Positions 19,946 to 29,569 of a stretch of 64,000 nucleotides of DNA are shown one piece after another. Within the stretch, counting starts at the first letter, position 1, and every line of letters begins with the position of its first letter. The position numbers and the translations under genes are program-made. The notes under the pieces are model-generated. The model ran no database searches. It had not been told where the DNA came from and saw only the letters and a list, made by a program, of their open reading frames with translations. Location: the NCBI GenBank assembly GCA_041658285.1, contig JBBAAP010000002.1, forward strand, positions 119,029-183,028, read 5' to 3'. This stretch comes from Candidatus Brocadiia bacterium. Its GTDB lineage: Bacteria; Planctomycetota; MHYJ01; JACQXL01.

Positions 19946-20698
19946 ATGTGGGACATTCTTATCGCCCGGTTGAAACAGAAATACCGGACCATACCGTATC
20001 CGAAAGGACTGCCCGTCCTGCCAGAGCGGTTTATCGGACGGCCGGCGCCGGTATCAAACAGCGCCGGGCATATAGCAGACGCGGTTAAGGCCTGCCCGAC
20101 CGCGGCATTAAAGATAAGCGCCGGCAATAACCTCAGCCTGGATATGGGCCGATGCGTATTCTGCGGCCAATGCGCCCGGATAGCGCCTGACGCCGTAACC
20201 TTCGGGCGTAACCACAGCCTGGCCGGACGAACCCGGGCCGAACTCATCCTTAAGGGAAAAGACCACAAAGCGCCGGAGCCATTGGATACCAAGCTCCTGA
20301 AACTGTTCGGCAAATCGCTCAAACTACGCCAGGTAAGCGCCGGCGGATGCGGCGCCTGCGAAGCCGATACCAACGTCTTAAACACGGTCGTGTTCGACCT
20401 CGGCCGGTTCGGAATCCAGTTCGTCGCCTCGCCCCGCCACGCGGACGGCCTGTTGATTACCGGGCCGGTAACCAAAAATATGAGGTTAGCCCTGGGAAAA
20501 ACCTATGCCGCCCTGCCCAAGCCAAAAATAGTCATTGCAACCGGCGCCTGCGCCATCTCCGGCGGGCTGTTCAGCGGGCATCCCGAATCCTGCGACGGAG
20601 CCGATACCATCGTCCCGGTAGACCTTTACATCCCCGGCTGTCCCCCACACCCGTTAACTATTCTTGACGGAATGCTCCGCCTTCTTGGCAAGGCCTAG
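19946..20698 (+). CDS. Ferredoxin domain fused to a NuoB/HyfI-like small subunit
   Basis: CPTAA..CVFCGQC; SAGGCGACE, SPRHAD, GACA, IPGCPP. Confidence 0.9.
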   Translation: MWDILIARLKQKYRTIPYPKGLPVLPERFIGRPAPVSNSAGHIADAVKACPTAALKISAGNNLSLDMGRCVFCGQCARIAPDAVTFGRNHSLAGRTRAELILKGKDHKAPEPLDTKLLKLFGKSLKLRQVSAGGCGACEADTNVLNTVVFDLGRFGIQFVASPRHADGLLITGPVTKNMRLALGKTYAALPKPKIVIATGACAISGGLFSGHPESCDGADTIVPVDLYIPGCPPHPLTILDGMLRLLGKA

Positions 20699-20793
20699 TG
20701 CCACTTGGAGCAAAGCGACTTAGTGGCACATTATCCCAACTATTACGTCGGGGCTAGGACCAGTTCGACTAAAAAGAGTTACATGGATATTAG
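20696..20793 (+). repeat. Two-hairpin dispersed repeat (family A), 1.5 units
   Basis: TAG-TGCCACT-T..TT-AGTGGCA-CATTAT-CCCAAC..GTCGGG, then a degenerate second unit from 20755. Confidence 0.65.
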
Positions 20794-21056
20794 ATTCCGT
20801 CTATTTAGCAGAAAATCCAGTTAAGCCCTTCGATTATTTAGGATAAATTTGTCTTAACTGGGCAATCATATTAATCAGCCCTTACTCCGAACTGGCTGGC
20901 AACCCATAGCGTTAAACTGGATTTCCAGAAATACCAATCCAAGGCATAAAAACACCACCCCCCACCCCCTCCGGGAGGACTCCCCTCCCCGTATATCCCC
21001 CCCGGGTTATCTATGGAAGCGGCAAGTGCTTCCTTCGCCTCCAATACAGTAAATCC

Positions 21057-21315
21057 CTTATGCCGGTGGCATAGTATATTTGTGCCACGTACATAATAGC
21101 CTTGTGCCGGTGGCATAGTATACTTGTGCTACGTACATAATAGTCTTGTGCCGGTGGCATAGTATACTTGTGCTACGTACATAATAGTCTTGTGCCGGTG
21201 GCATAGTATACTTGTGCTACGTACATAATAGTCTTGTGCCGGTGGCATAATATACTTGTGCTACGTACATAATTGGCTTATGCCGGTGGCATAGCAGACT
21301 TGTGCCGGTGGCATA
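21057..21315. repeat. Tandem array: five 44-bp units (each a 22+22 A/B dimer) plus two extra A subunits
   Basis: Units start at 21057, 21101, 21145, 21189 and 21233, with extra A subunits at 21277 and 21299. A=cttgtgccggtggcatagtata, B=cttgtgctacgtacataatagt. Confidence 0.95.
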
Positions 21316-21487
21316 AACGGTTTAAACCTATAAGGAGAGAGTTGGTTTTTGTATTTTGAAGGCGTGTACACCGAGAGCAAAGCCTCCCGCAGGGGCAATT
21401 TTTGTCACTTTGCCCTCAAAAACCCCTGATTTTAGGCAAAAAGTGACGATTTTTGTCATTTCTGATGTGTGTAGCGCCTGCAGGGTG

Positions 21488-22927
21488 TCACCGGACCCGT
21501 TGATGGCAAGCAACAGAAGGTTTACCCATATGATTAAGATAGTTAAAATAAAACTTGTTGTGCTTAAGCCAGCTTTTCACAATTCCCTTGCCGGCAAATT
21601 TCATAAAAGAACGATAAAAAGATGCCCTATGCGGTTTTGATGGCATTAGTTTTGTGACAGATGCGACTCTTTCAACGACAGTGTTCAAGGCGTCGTTGAA
21701 TGCGTTTGTGTATGAATAGAAATCGCTGAAGCATTCTATCAAACCGTTTTGCAGTTCGTAAGCGGTCATATTTGTCGGGGTAAACAGGGCGTGCAGCCCG
21801 TCGTATAATTCCCAGTTTTTGTGCAGAATCCTTTTTTCCTCTTCCAGTTTGAAATATGTCTTAGTCCCCGGCAAAGGAGTCAATATCGAGTACTGGACAT
21901 AATCAAGCTTGCTGTCGTGGCAAAAATCAGCCGTCATCTTAAAGACATCTTTGGTATCGGCATCGTTGCCCACGATAAACATGCCGTGCACTTCTATACC
22001 GTTGGCGTGAAAAACCCTGATTGAACGTTTTATGTCATCAACCGTTTGATGTTTGTTCATATCTTTCAGGCTTTGCGGGTTTATGGATTCGAAGCCGATA
22101 TATACTCTTTCACAACCGGCCTGTTTCATCTTGGCGATAAATTCCGGTTTTTTGGTTACTTCGGTTCTTAACTGAGTTGACCATGAGCGGTTAAATTCAT
22201 GTTCAATCATCATGTCAAGGAGCCTGGTTGTCTTTTCCGTATTGACGGCAAAATGGTCGTCCACGAAAAATATATGCCCAGCCCGGTATCTTGAAATCTC
22301 CTCAATAACCCTTTCGGCTGTCTGGGCCCGGTAATCCCTGCCGAACATTTTGGTAACAGAGCAGAAGTTACAATCATAAGGACAACCTCTGGACGTCATT
22401 AACGGCCAGGTGCGTATTTTTTCCCAGTTCCTGATAAGGGTAAAATCGGGAAGAGGCAGACCACCCAAGTTATCCGGCCTTGGCGCATATATCTTTTTAT
22501 CTTTAATCCTGCCGGACAGCACGTCCAGAATGATATTTTCGGCTTCTCCGATAACGACCTGGTCAAAATGCGGGATAACATCGTCCGGAATCATGCTGGC
22601 GTGGATTCCGCCGATGACGGTTCTGGATTCAAGTCCGTGTGATTCCCTGATTGATTTATATTCTTTTGCTATTTCCTTGCCCCGGGTAACCGTGGCGGTT
22701 ATACAGCTTAGGCATAAGATATCAACCGAAGCAAGTTCATCAGGACTGATTGCTCGGCCCGTTATATTCTCGTTAAAAACAGAGACGTCATATCCGGCAT
22801 CCCGCGCTATCGTTGCCAGGTATACCGGTCCCAACAGCGGGATGGTCATAAACCTGGCAAAGACATTGGAATGCGTGCCCATTGGCTCGACGAATAGAAC
22901 TCTTTTATTATACATTTTCTTTCCCAT
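21488..22927 (-). CDS. B12-binding domain radical SAM protein
   Basis: GGIHASM, TSRGCPYDCNFCSV, FFVDDHF, IGFES. Confidence 0.9.
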   Translation of the reverse strand: MGKKMYNKRVLFVEPMGTHSNVFARFMTIPLLGPVYLATIARDAGYDVSVFNENITGRAISPDELASVDILCLSCITATVTRGKEIAKEYKSIRESHGLESRTVIGGIHASMIPDDVIPHFDQVVIGEAENIILDVLSGRIKDKKIYAPRPDNLGGLPLPDFTLIRNWEKIRTWPLMTSRGCPYDCNFCSVTKMFGRDYRAQTAERVIEEISRYRAGHIFFVDDHFAVNTEKTTRLLDMMIEHEFNRSWSTQLRTEVTKKPEFIAKMKQAGCERVYIGFESINPQSLKDMNKHQTVDDIKRSIRVFHANGIEVHGMFIVGNDADTKDVFKMTADFCHDSKLDYVQYSILTPLPGTKTYFKLEEEKRILHKNWELYDGLHALFTPTNMTAYELQNGLIECFSDFYSYTNAFNDALNTVVERVASVTKLMPSKPHRASFYRSFMKFAGKGIVKSWLKHNKFYFNYLNHMGKPSVACHQRVR

Positions 22928-23489
22928 TCTCGCTTTCGTTAGAGCCAGTTAGTCCCGATGCCGCCGAAGGCGGTTCGGGGCGATACTGGGTCTTATCCCG
23001 ATTCACATCGGGGTTCATCTTGTTAAAATAGTCAATAACCAATAAACTTATGCCGAACAATACCAATGACATCGGCCATAATTTATAAGAAATAGTGAAG
23101 ACGAAGTATAAAACCAGGAAGACGGTTATGAACGATATCGCCATATAAATATGCACTTTGCCTTTGGCAAAAACGCTGGTCATAAAAAAACTCATCCCGA
23201 CAATACCCAAAAAAACCGGCCAAAGGTATGACAGAACCGTCCATGAAGTATTATTCAGGCAGAGGAAAAATATGCTCAGCAAAATCATGAATGAACCGAG
23301 CCAGATAAGCGCGGCATCTCTTCTTTGGCGGCTAAAGAACAGTAAAACAAAACCGCTTCCGGTTATAAGAATAAGGGCAGGCCAGAATTTGCTTATGCCG
23401 CTCAGCAGTGAATAGTTTTCAAGCACCAGAACCAGTCCGGCAATTATAAATAGTCCGGCTAAAGCAATGATACTTTTCTTGTTTTTCAA
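22908..23489 (-). CDS. Multi-pass membrane protein (LiaF/DUF5668-like) whose C-terminal tail is encoded by a palindromic repeat
   Basis: Repeated WPxxLI helices; TTG start; tail NPDVNRDKTQYRPEPPSAASGLTGSN lies over the repeat at 22938-23016. Confidence 0.7.
   Translation of the reverse strand: MKNKKSIIALAGLFIIAGLVLVLENYSLLSGISKFWPALILITGSGFVLLFFSRQRRDAALIWLGSFMILLSIFFLCLNNTSWTVLSYLWPVFLGIVGMSFFMTSVFAKGKVHIYMAISFITVFLVLYFVFTISYKLWPMSLVLFGISLLVIDYFNKMNPDVNRDKTQYRPEPPSAASGLTGSNESENGKENV
22938..23016 (+). repeat. Two-hairpin dispersed repeat (family A) inside a CDS
   Basis: GTTAGAGCCAGTTA-[gtcccga..ccgccGAAggcgg..tcggggc]-GATACTGGGTCTTAT-cccgattcacatcggg. Confidence 0.85.
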
Positions 23490-23600
23490 ATCCGACTCCT
23501 GTTGATTTCATTTCCCTTTATTTATCCCAACCGTAGTCCCTAAAAGAATGCTTCGCTAAGGCCGGTAGGCATAGGCCCAGGCTCTATGGTCACCACCTCG

Positions 23601-25370
23601 TTATTCGCCTTTGTCGGGCGGGGCGAAGTAGATAAAATCGCCTATGTAGGAAGACAGCGCTTCCCGGAACAGCCCTTCTTTATCTGCCGTCTTTTCGGTG
23701 ATACTGACCGGTATCAGTGTTTTGTAGGTTGCCGGATACCTCTTGTATGAGCGTTCGGGAATGTTGAATTTGTATTCGATATGGCCGGCTCCGGCCACGA
23801 CGATTACCTGTGATGCCGGGTTGTCGGCGGCTTTAAGGTAGTTGGCTATGGCCTCGCCGAAGGTTTCGTCCCAGACGCATTGCAAAACATACATCCGGTC
23901 TTCGTTGAACTTGGGCGACATCTTTTTCATCTCTTCAAATGACTTCATCACGAACTCGCGGTGCGCCTTATTGGAGGTGTCTATGTCTTTGGCAATAAGC
24001 TTCTGCTCGGCCGGAGTCAGTTTATCCCAGCCCTCGTCAACAAGCTTGTTCTTTATCTCTTTTTCCACGTTCAATCCCAGCAGTTTCAGGCCGTTCTCTT
24101 TGGCGTAGCGGACTAATCCGACATAATACAGCTCATACCATTCGTTGCTGAATCCTGCCCTGACCGCTTTATCAAACTCAGATTCGGTGATTTTTCCGGC
24201 GATATAATCGTCGCAGACCTGCTGTTTGGAACGGTACAGGAACTCCATTGCCAGAACGGCCTTGGGATTCTTCTGGGCCAGGCTTTCGAGGACCTTTTCC
24301 TGGAATTTGTGGTGAACCGAATTTGTATGCGATTCGGCCACATAAACAACCCGGATATCCTTAAGCCGTTCTATCAAAACATCATAATCCAGCACCTCAA
24401 ACGTGTCCAAATCAACGTATTTATTATACAATTCCGGTATTTTAAGCGATGCCAGCTTGACGACCGCCTTTGAAATCACTTCTTCCTCTGACGCACTCAA
24501 CTGAGCCCTTCTTTTAAACTGGGTTAGCTCGCTATCGGTGCCTGTTCCGGCGCTGACGGCCTTAGTGTCCGGCGCCGCCAGCAGTTCTTTTGCCTCGGGC
24601 GGAATAACTATCGCATCTCCCTTGTCATAATTTGAATAATTCATCTCCATCTTCATTTTTACGGCGGCTCCGGCCGCTTTCCCCTCCATATCAAGAATGA
24701 CCTTGGATAAAAGATAGGCGTCCTTGGCCACCCACATCTTTATTGTCACCTTGTCAAACTTGCCGGCCATACCCTGCACGCCGCTGCCGCCGAATGCTTT
24801 GTCGTTGATTGTCTCGGGGTTAACCGTCAGTTCTATGACCTGATAGGATTTGTCTCCTATTTTTTCCTCTTTGCTGATTAAGGCATCCTGGTTGATTCCC
24901 GGGATTTGGTTCAGGCCGGCCGGGAACATCTCCGCGGCTAATATCATAGACTTCTGGGCCGGCGATGCCAATGCCCACTTTTTGTCGGCCGGATCCATCA
25001 TAACCGCGTTTGTGTCATCTGAATAATATTCAAACGGCGTTTTTGTCAATCCGTTGCTCCCATCGATTAATTCGCCATGAGCATAGATATCCTTGTCATA
25101 TCTGGCGCTGTCGCAGTCAAGAATCCTGATATTCATTCCCATTACACCCATCTCCATCACTATTTTTGACGAGACGCTTTTAGCGTCGGCAAAGTTTTCC
25201 ACTGCCCTCTTGATAACACCCTTAGCATCCTTGGGCGCTTCTTTGACAACCGGCGCCACCGGCGGTGGCGGCACGATGGGTTTTTGGGCTCCGGATTGGC
25301 ATCCGGCGAATAATGCCGTTGATACTATCAGGGTGCATATTAACAAGTAGCGCTTATTGCCTGGTTTCAT
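23601..25370 (-). CDS. Lipoprotein: N-terminal LppX/LolA-like beta-sheet domain fused to a ChaN-family (haem-uptake/TIKI-like) domain
   Basis: Lipobox LFAGC; C-terminal VVYVAESHT..HHKFQ, LAMEFL, VVAGAGHIEY..IPER match ChaN; the N-domain call is tentative. Confidence 0.65.
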   Translation of the reverse strand: MKPGNKRYLLICTLIVSTALFAGCQSGAQKPIVPPPPVAPVVKEAPKDAKGVIKRAVENFADAKSVSSKIVMEMGVMGMNIRILDCDSARYDKDIYAHGELIDGSNGLTKTPFEYYSDDTNAVMMDPADKKWALASPAQKSMILAAEMFPAGLNQIPGINQDALISKEEKIGDKSYQVIELTVNPETINDKAFGGSGVQGMAGKFDKVTIKMWVAKDAYLLSKVILDMEGKAAGAAVKMKMEMNYSNYDKGDAIVIPPEAKELLAAPDTKAVSAGTGTDSELTQFKRRAQLSASEEEVISKAVVKLASLKIPELYNKYVDLDTFEVLDYDVLIERLKDIRVVYVAESHTNSVHHKFQEKVLESLAQKNPKAVLAMEFLYRSKQQVCDDYIAGKITESEFDKAVRAGFSNEWYELYYVGLVRYAKENGLKLLGLNVEKEIKNKLVDEGWDKLTPAEQKLIAKDIDTSNKAHREFVMKSFEEMKKMSPKFNEDRMYVLQCVWDETFGEAIANYLKAADNPASQVIVVAGAGHIEYKFNIPERSYKRYPATYKTLIPVSITEKTADKEGLFREALSSYIGDFIYFAPPDKGE

Positions 25371-25494
25371 ATTAGTTCCTTTCTTATTATGTTATTTGAC
25401 ATATCTCATTACCCGATAACCGGGCAAGGAATGATTCACACATTACTTAATCGCACCTTGGAAGTCAATTTATTTGTCTAATGTGAATAGTGAC

Positions 25495-25653
25495 ATCCCG
25501 ATTATTTACTAACCTATGTCCCGAAAGAATTCGGGACATAGTATCATATTGAAGTAATCGGGATTACACGGCCGTAAGCCTCTCGATCAGATTTTATCTG
25601 TTCTGCGAGGCTAACGGACATTATTCACGCCACTACGTGAATAACCCGTGTAA
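25495..25653 (-). repeat. Large nested multi-hairpin intergenic element related to family A
   Basis: atcccgatta/taatcgggat encloses tatgtcccgaa/ttcgggacata; ttacacgg/ccgtgtaa encloses two further hairpins. Confidence 0.7.
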
Positions 25654-25720
25654 AGAATCTTCCCTAAAAATACGATAACAATATCTGGCTCGTTAACAAT
25701 CAAGCAACCTAATGTGAAAG

Positions 25721-26074
25721 GTGTTGTTTATGTCTAAAACTCACATACCGGATAATATCGAAGTAGTTGATACCGAACTGGATTTATCGGCGGCCAGATT
25801 GTTGGAATACCTGAACTCCAATAAGAACGCGGCCGTGAAAGAGCTCCTGGCCCATTACGAGGAAATCATCTCTCCCAAACTGCAAGGTCTATTGCCGCCG
25901 GAATCAGCGGCGCGGCTGGGCATCCGCATGACACTGGGCCGGCTCCAACGCCAGGGCAAAGTCAAAGTCCTGCGCGACGCCGATACCGGCCAGGACCGGG
26001 TCTGCCTGGCAGAAGACCTGGTTTTGAGGAATAAATGGATATCCGCACTGAAAAGCTCACCTAACGTGCTTTAA
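25721..26074 (+). CDS. Hypothetical protein (possibly winged-helix)
   Basis: Fills the gap with no overlap; no recognisable motif. Confidence 0.55.
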   Translation: MLFMSKTHIPDNIEVVDTELDLSAARLLEYLNSNKNAAVKELLAHYEEIISPKLQGLLPPESAARLGIRMTLGRLQRQGKVKVLRDADTGQDRVCLAEDLVLRNKWISALKSSPNVL

Positions 26075-26080
26075 AACCTA

Positions 26081-26122
26081 ACCACAAAGAATACTAAATA
26101 ATGACTTTGGCGCCTTTGTGGT
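26081..26122. repeat. ACCAC(A/G)AA(G/A) inverted-repeat element (family C)
   Basis: accacaaag...ctttgtggt; related sequences at 50587-50614 and 56414-56481. Confidence 0.6.
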
Positions 26123-26156
26123 GAATAATTTCTGTCTACTATTATTAACCGTTTTC

Positions 26157-27437
26157 TTACTCCGGAGCGGGTTGTTCCGCAGGCGTCTGACTGGACAGGC
26201 TGTAACTCAACCTAGTTTCCGGTATGGATTTGATGAATTCCAGGCCCTCGGGTGTGTAATAGCGGTGCCGGATGTTCCGGGTCAGAACCAGATTCCCATC
26301 CTCGCCTTTAAGAAAGTTGAGCTGGCGCAGTTGCTCATTCTTGTATTCCTTAAAATCGCTGTAGAAGATATCGATATAAGCTGACAGGCTGTTATTGGTC
26401 GGTCCGAACCCCTGTGCGTAGAGGTATTTCTGTTCGAGCACGTCGCCGACGTCTATCATATTCTGATAGCGCTTGTTCTTATCCTTGGCCAACATCTTCA
26501 TAATGATTAATGACAACGATTCGGGAATGTCGGTCCGGAACTGATGCGGCGGAATGATTTCACGGGACATCTGGTCTATGACCCAGTTCCTTTGCTCTTC
26601 AAATGACAACCGCCGGGGATAGGTGTAGGGATGGATGCCGGTAATGAGCTCGTAGGCCACCAGGCCGAGCGAAAAGATGTCGGTGCGAGTGTCTATACCC
26701 TCCTGCTTAATCTGTTCCGGCGACATATAGGCCAGTTTGCCGGCGAAGAATTTCATTTCCTCTTGCGTCTGGGCGGCCACGCCAAAGTCGGACAGCTTGC
26801 AGACTCCGTGGTTGTTAATCAGAATATTACCGGGCGAGATGTCGCGGTGGATGATATACTGGTGCGCATAACCCAACGCCCGGCAGATGCGGCTGATGAT
26901 GAAGCCGGTCAGTTCGCATGGTATAAGCAGATGTTTTTCCAGGTGGTCGCTATAAAGGGTCTGCAAGTCCGGCCCCTGGACATAGTCCATGGCGATGAAA
27001 TAAAGCTTGCGATTGTCCGGCGCGTGTGACGGATGTATTTTATGAGTAGACAAGACCGGCTGTTTCCGGTTAAGCATCTGCCCTATCGGAGAAAAATGGT
27101 TGTAACGCCGCTGATCCTTGGGCTGACCGGCTGAAAGAGAATCTATCTCGCCGCGAAACGACGGCGGTAACGACGATACCGGTAATGACTCCATACCGTA
27201 AGTCTTGACGATATTTTCATGCCGAAGCATAGTGGCAATATTGGCTTCGTGCTTTAGCCGACTTTCGTGCTCTTTGGAAAGCGTCTTAACCGTTTTCAGA
27301 ACGACATAGTCATTGACGCCTTCGGTATGCTTTTCGGCCAGGAAAACTATACCCATACCGCCCCGGCCTATCTCGTCTACCAACGTATAGGTGGAAGTGG
27401 AATGGAAAGAAATACCTGCTAATTCGCTGTTACTCAT
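26157..27437 (-). CDS. Cytoplasmic Hanks-type Ser/Thr protein kinase
   Basis: [39 protein letters not shown]; start set at the ATG overlapping the lysS stop. Confidence 0.92.
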   Translation of the reverse strand: MSNSELAGISFHSTSTYTLVDEIGRGGMGIVFLAEKHTEGVNDYVVLKTVKTLSKEHESRLKHEANIATMLRHENIVKTYGMESLPVSSLPPSFRGEIDSLSAGQPKDQRRYNHFSPIGQMLNRKQPVLSTHKIHPSHAPDNRKLYFIAMDYVQGPDLQTLYSDHLEKHLLIPCELTGFIISRICRALGYAHQYIIHRDISPGNILINNHGVCKLSDFGVAAQTQEEMKFFAGKLAYMSPEQIKQEGIDTRTDIFSLGLVAYELITGIHPYTYPRRLSFEEQRNWVIDQMSREIIPPHQFRTDIPESLSLIIMKMLAKDKNKRYQNMIDVGDVLEQKYLYAQGFGPTNNSLSAYIDIFYSDFKEYKNEQLRQLNFLKGEDGNLVLTRNIRHRYYTPEGLEFIKSIPETRLSYSLSSQTPAEQPAPE

Positions 27438-28914
27438 TAGATTTAACTTCACTCACGTGCCGTAATGTCGGAAAAAGAATCACATCCCTGATGGATTTAC
27501 TGTTGGTCAGAACCATAACCAGGCGATCGATACCGATACCCAGCCCACCGGCCGGCGGCATGCCGTAGGACAGGGCCGTGACGTAGTCTTCGTCCAGCTT
27601 GACGGCGCCTTCGGCCTTTTCTTTGAGCTGGCATTCGAAGCGGGACTGTTGGTCGGCCGGGTCGTTAAGCTCGCTGAAGGCGTTGGCCAGTTCCATACCG
27701 GTCATAAACAGTTCGAACCGCTCGGCCAGCTCGGGATTGTCACGCTTGGATTTGGTCAGCGGACATATAGCCGCCGGGTAATCGGTCACGAATATCGGGC
27801 CAACCAGGTGCGGTTCGACAAATTTTTCAAACAGGTCGTTGGCCACCTTGGGAAAAGAGGCATTCTTCGGTATTGCTATGCCGGACTCCCCGGCTTTTTT
27901 GAGCACCGCTTCCTGATCGTGGTAATCCACGCCGCAGTGCTGGTTAAACAGTTCTATGTAAGGCTTCCTCTGCCAGGGCGGAGTCAGGTCCAACGCCGTA
28001 TCATTGAAGGTTATCTTAAGCGAAGGCAAGACTTTTTTGGCTATCTCGGTAACCAGGTATTCGGTCAGGTTCATCATATCGTTGTAATCGGCGTAAGCCT
28101 GGTAAATTTCTATCATAGTAAACTCGGGATTATGATGCGTGGATATGCCTTCGTTGCGGAAGTTGCGGTTGATTTCGTAGACCCTTTCCATACCGCCGAC
28201 CAACAGGCGCTTGAGGTAGAGCTCCGGTGCAATCCTGAGGTATAAATCCATATCCAGCGCGTTGTGATGGGTAATGAACGGCCGGGCCGCGGCACCGCCC
28301 GGTATCGTGTGCATCATAGGCGTTTCCACTTCGACAAAACCTTTGTCGTCCAGGAAATAGCGCAGATACCTGATTATCTGGGTACGATTTAGGAATGTCT
28401 GGAGCACCTCGGGGTTGGAAATAAGGTCAAGATAGCGCTGGCGATAGCGGATTTCGACATCCTTGAGTCCGTGCCACTTTTCAGGCAAAGGCAATAATGA
28501 CTTGGTCAACAATGTTAATGCGGTGACCAGTATGGTTATCTCGCCGGTCTTGGTCTTGAACAAGTCGCCCTTGATGCCGATGATATCGCCGATATCGAGA
28601 AGCTCGAAAACCCGATATTGTTTTTCGTCTATCTTATCTTTCTTGATGTATAGCTGAACCCTACCGGACCAGTCACGCAGGTCCAGGAAAGCGGCCTTGC
28701 CGTGGCCGCGGATGGCCATAAGCCGCCCGGCTACGGTTACAGGCTTGCTTGCGGGCTGGCCAATATCAGCATGAGCCTGGCCTTCGATTTTGGCAAAATC
28801 CTCGAGCACTTCCTTAATCGAAACGCTGTCCGGAAAAGAGTAGGTAAAGGGATTGATACCCAATTCTTTAAGCGCAGCCAATTTCTTGAGTCGTTCTTCG
28901 TGGTAAGTATTCAC
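27430..28914 (-). CDS. lysS: Lysine--tRNA ligase (class II)
   Basis: [47 protein letters not shown]. Confidence 0.98.
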   Translation of the reverse strand: MNTYHEERLKKLAALKELGINPFTYSFPDSVSIKEVLEDFAKIEGQAHADIGQPASKPVTVAGRLMAIRGHGKAAFLDLRDWSGRVQLYIKKDKIDEKQYRVFELLDIGDIIGIKGDLFKTKTGEITILVTALTLLTKSLLPLPEKWHGLKDVEIRYRQRYLDLISNPEVLQTFLNRTQIIRYLRYFLDDKGFVEVETPMMHTIPGGAAARPFITHHNALDMDLYLRIAPELYLKRLLVGGMERVYEINRNFRNEGISTHHNPEFTMIEIYQAYADYNDMMNLTEYLVTEIAKKVLPSLKITFNDTALDLTPPWQRKPYIELFNQHCGVDYHDQEAVLKKAGESGIAIPKNASFPKVANDLFEKFVEPHLVGPIFVTDYPAAICPLTKSKRDNPELAERFELFMTGMELANAFSELNDPADQQSRFECQLKEKAEGAVKLDEDYVTALSYGMPPAGGLGIGIDRLVMVLTNSKSIRDVILFPTLRHVSEVKSNE

Positions 28915-28915
28915 T

Positions 28916-29503
28916 TTATATCGCTCCCATCATTCTCAATAATCTTTTGGCGTTCTGATACAATTCGCTGTCGGGCTTGGTCAGCCTGAGTACACTACAC
29001 AGGTAAGGCATCGCCTTACGGTTCTGGCCCATCTGGCAATAGTGGTTGCCCAGGTTGTAATAAGGCCTGGGGTTATAGGGATTTTCCTGTATTTCCTTTT
29101 CATACTCCGAGACTGTTATACGGGCGAATTCGCTGTCGGTAATTTCGGACGACAAAGGATAATCAACCACATTGCTGCCGTCAACACCCATGCTGCCAGC
29201 CGTTACGCCGCCAAGATGGGACAGAAAATCCAAAGCCTTTTCCGGTTGGTCAAGCTTGGCATAGGCCATAATCAGTCCGTTCCGGGCGTCGGTATACTGA
29301 GAATCGAGCTCCAACGCTTTCTGGAATGAATTTGCCGCGGACTGGTAGTCGTTGTTGGTGTTCATCATCTGCTGGCCCATCTGGTAATACTGCTGGGCCA
29401 TGGCTACCGGAGTCAGTACGGCGCTGGCGGCGGCTCCGCCGACTCCAACACAGCCGGGCAAACAAGCCAGCACGGCGATGATTAACAGGCATATAAATTT
29501 CAT
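28916..29503 (-). CDS. TPR-repeat lipoprotein
   Basis: Lipobox LPGC; [10 protein letters not shown] and [12 protein letters not shown]-like segments. Confidence 0.75.
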   Translation of the reverse strand: MKFICLLIIAVLACLPGCVGVGGAAASAVLTPVAMAQQYYQMGQQMMNTNNDYQSAANSFQKALELDSQYTDARNGLIMAYAKLDQPEKALDFLSHLGGVTAGSMGVDGSNVVDYPLSSEITDSEFARITVSEYEKEIQENPYNPRPYYNLGNHYCQMGQNRKAMPYLCSVLRLTKPDSELYQNAKRLLRMMGAI

Positions 29504-29569
29504 AGGGCTATGGTTTATATTAAAAGCGGTGCCCTGTCAAGAATTAAATAGGCCAGGCGATCCGAACGG

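Noticed and set aside
21057-21315. CRISPR array
   Set aside because: The units are contiguous and near-identical with no unique spacers; no cas genes are present.
20871-21640. Short ORFs over and around tandem array 1
   Set aside because: Low-complexity translations of repeats and C-tracts, or overlaps with the radical SAM gene end; no SD.
27050-27210. Kinase insert as another repeat-derived insertion
   Set aside because: No terminal inverted repeat or family A/B motif is visible in the DNA.
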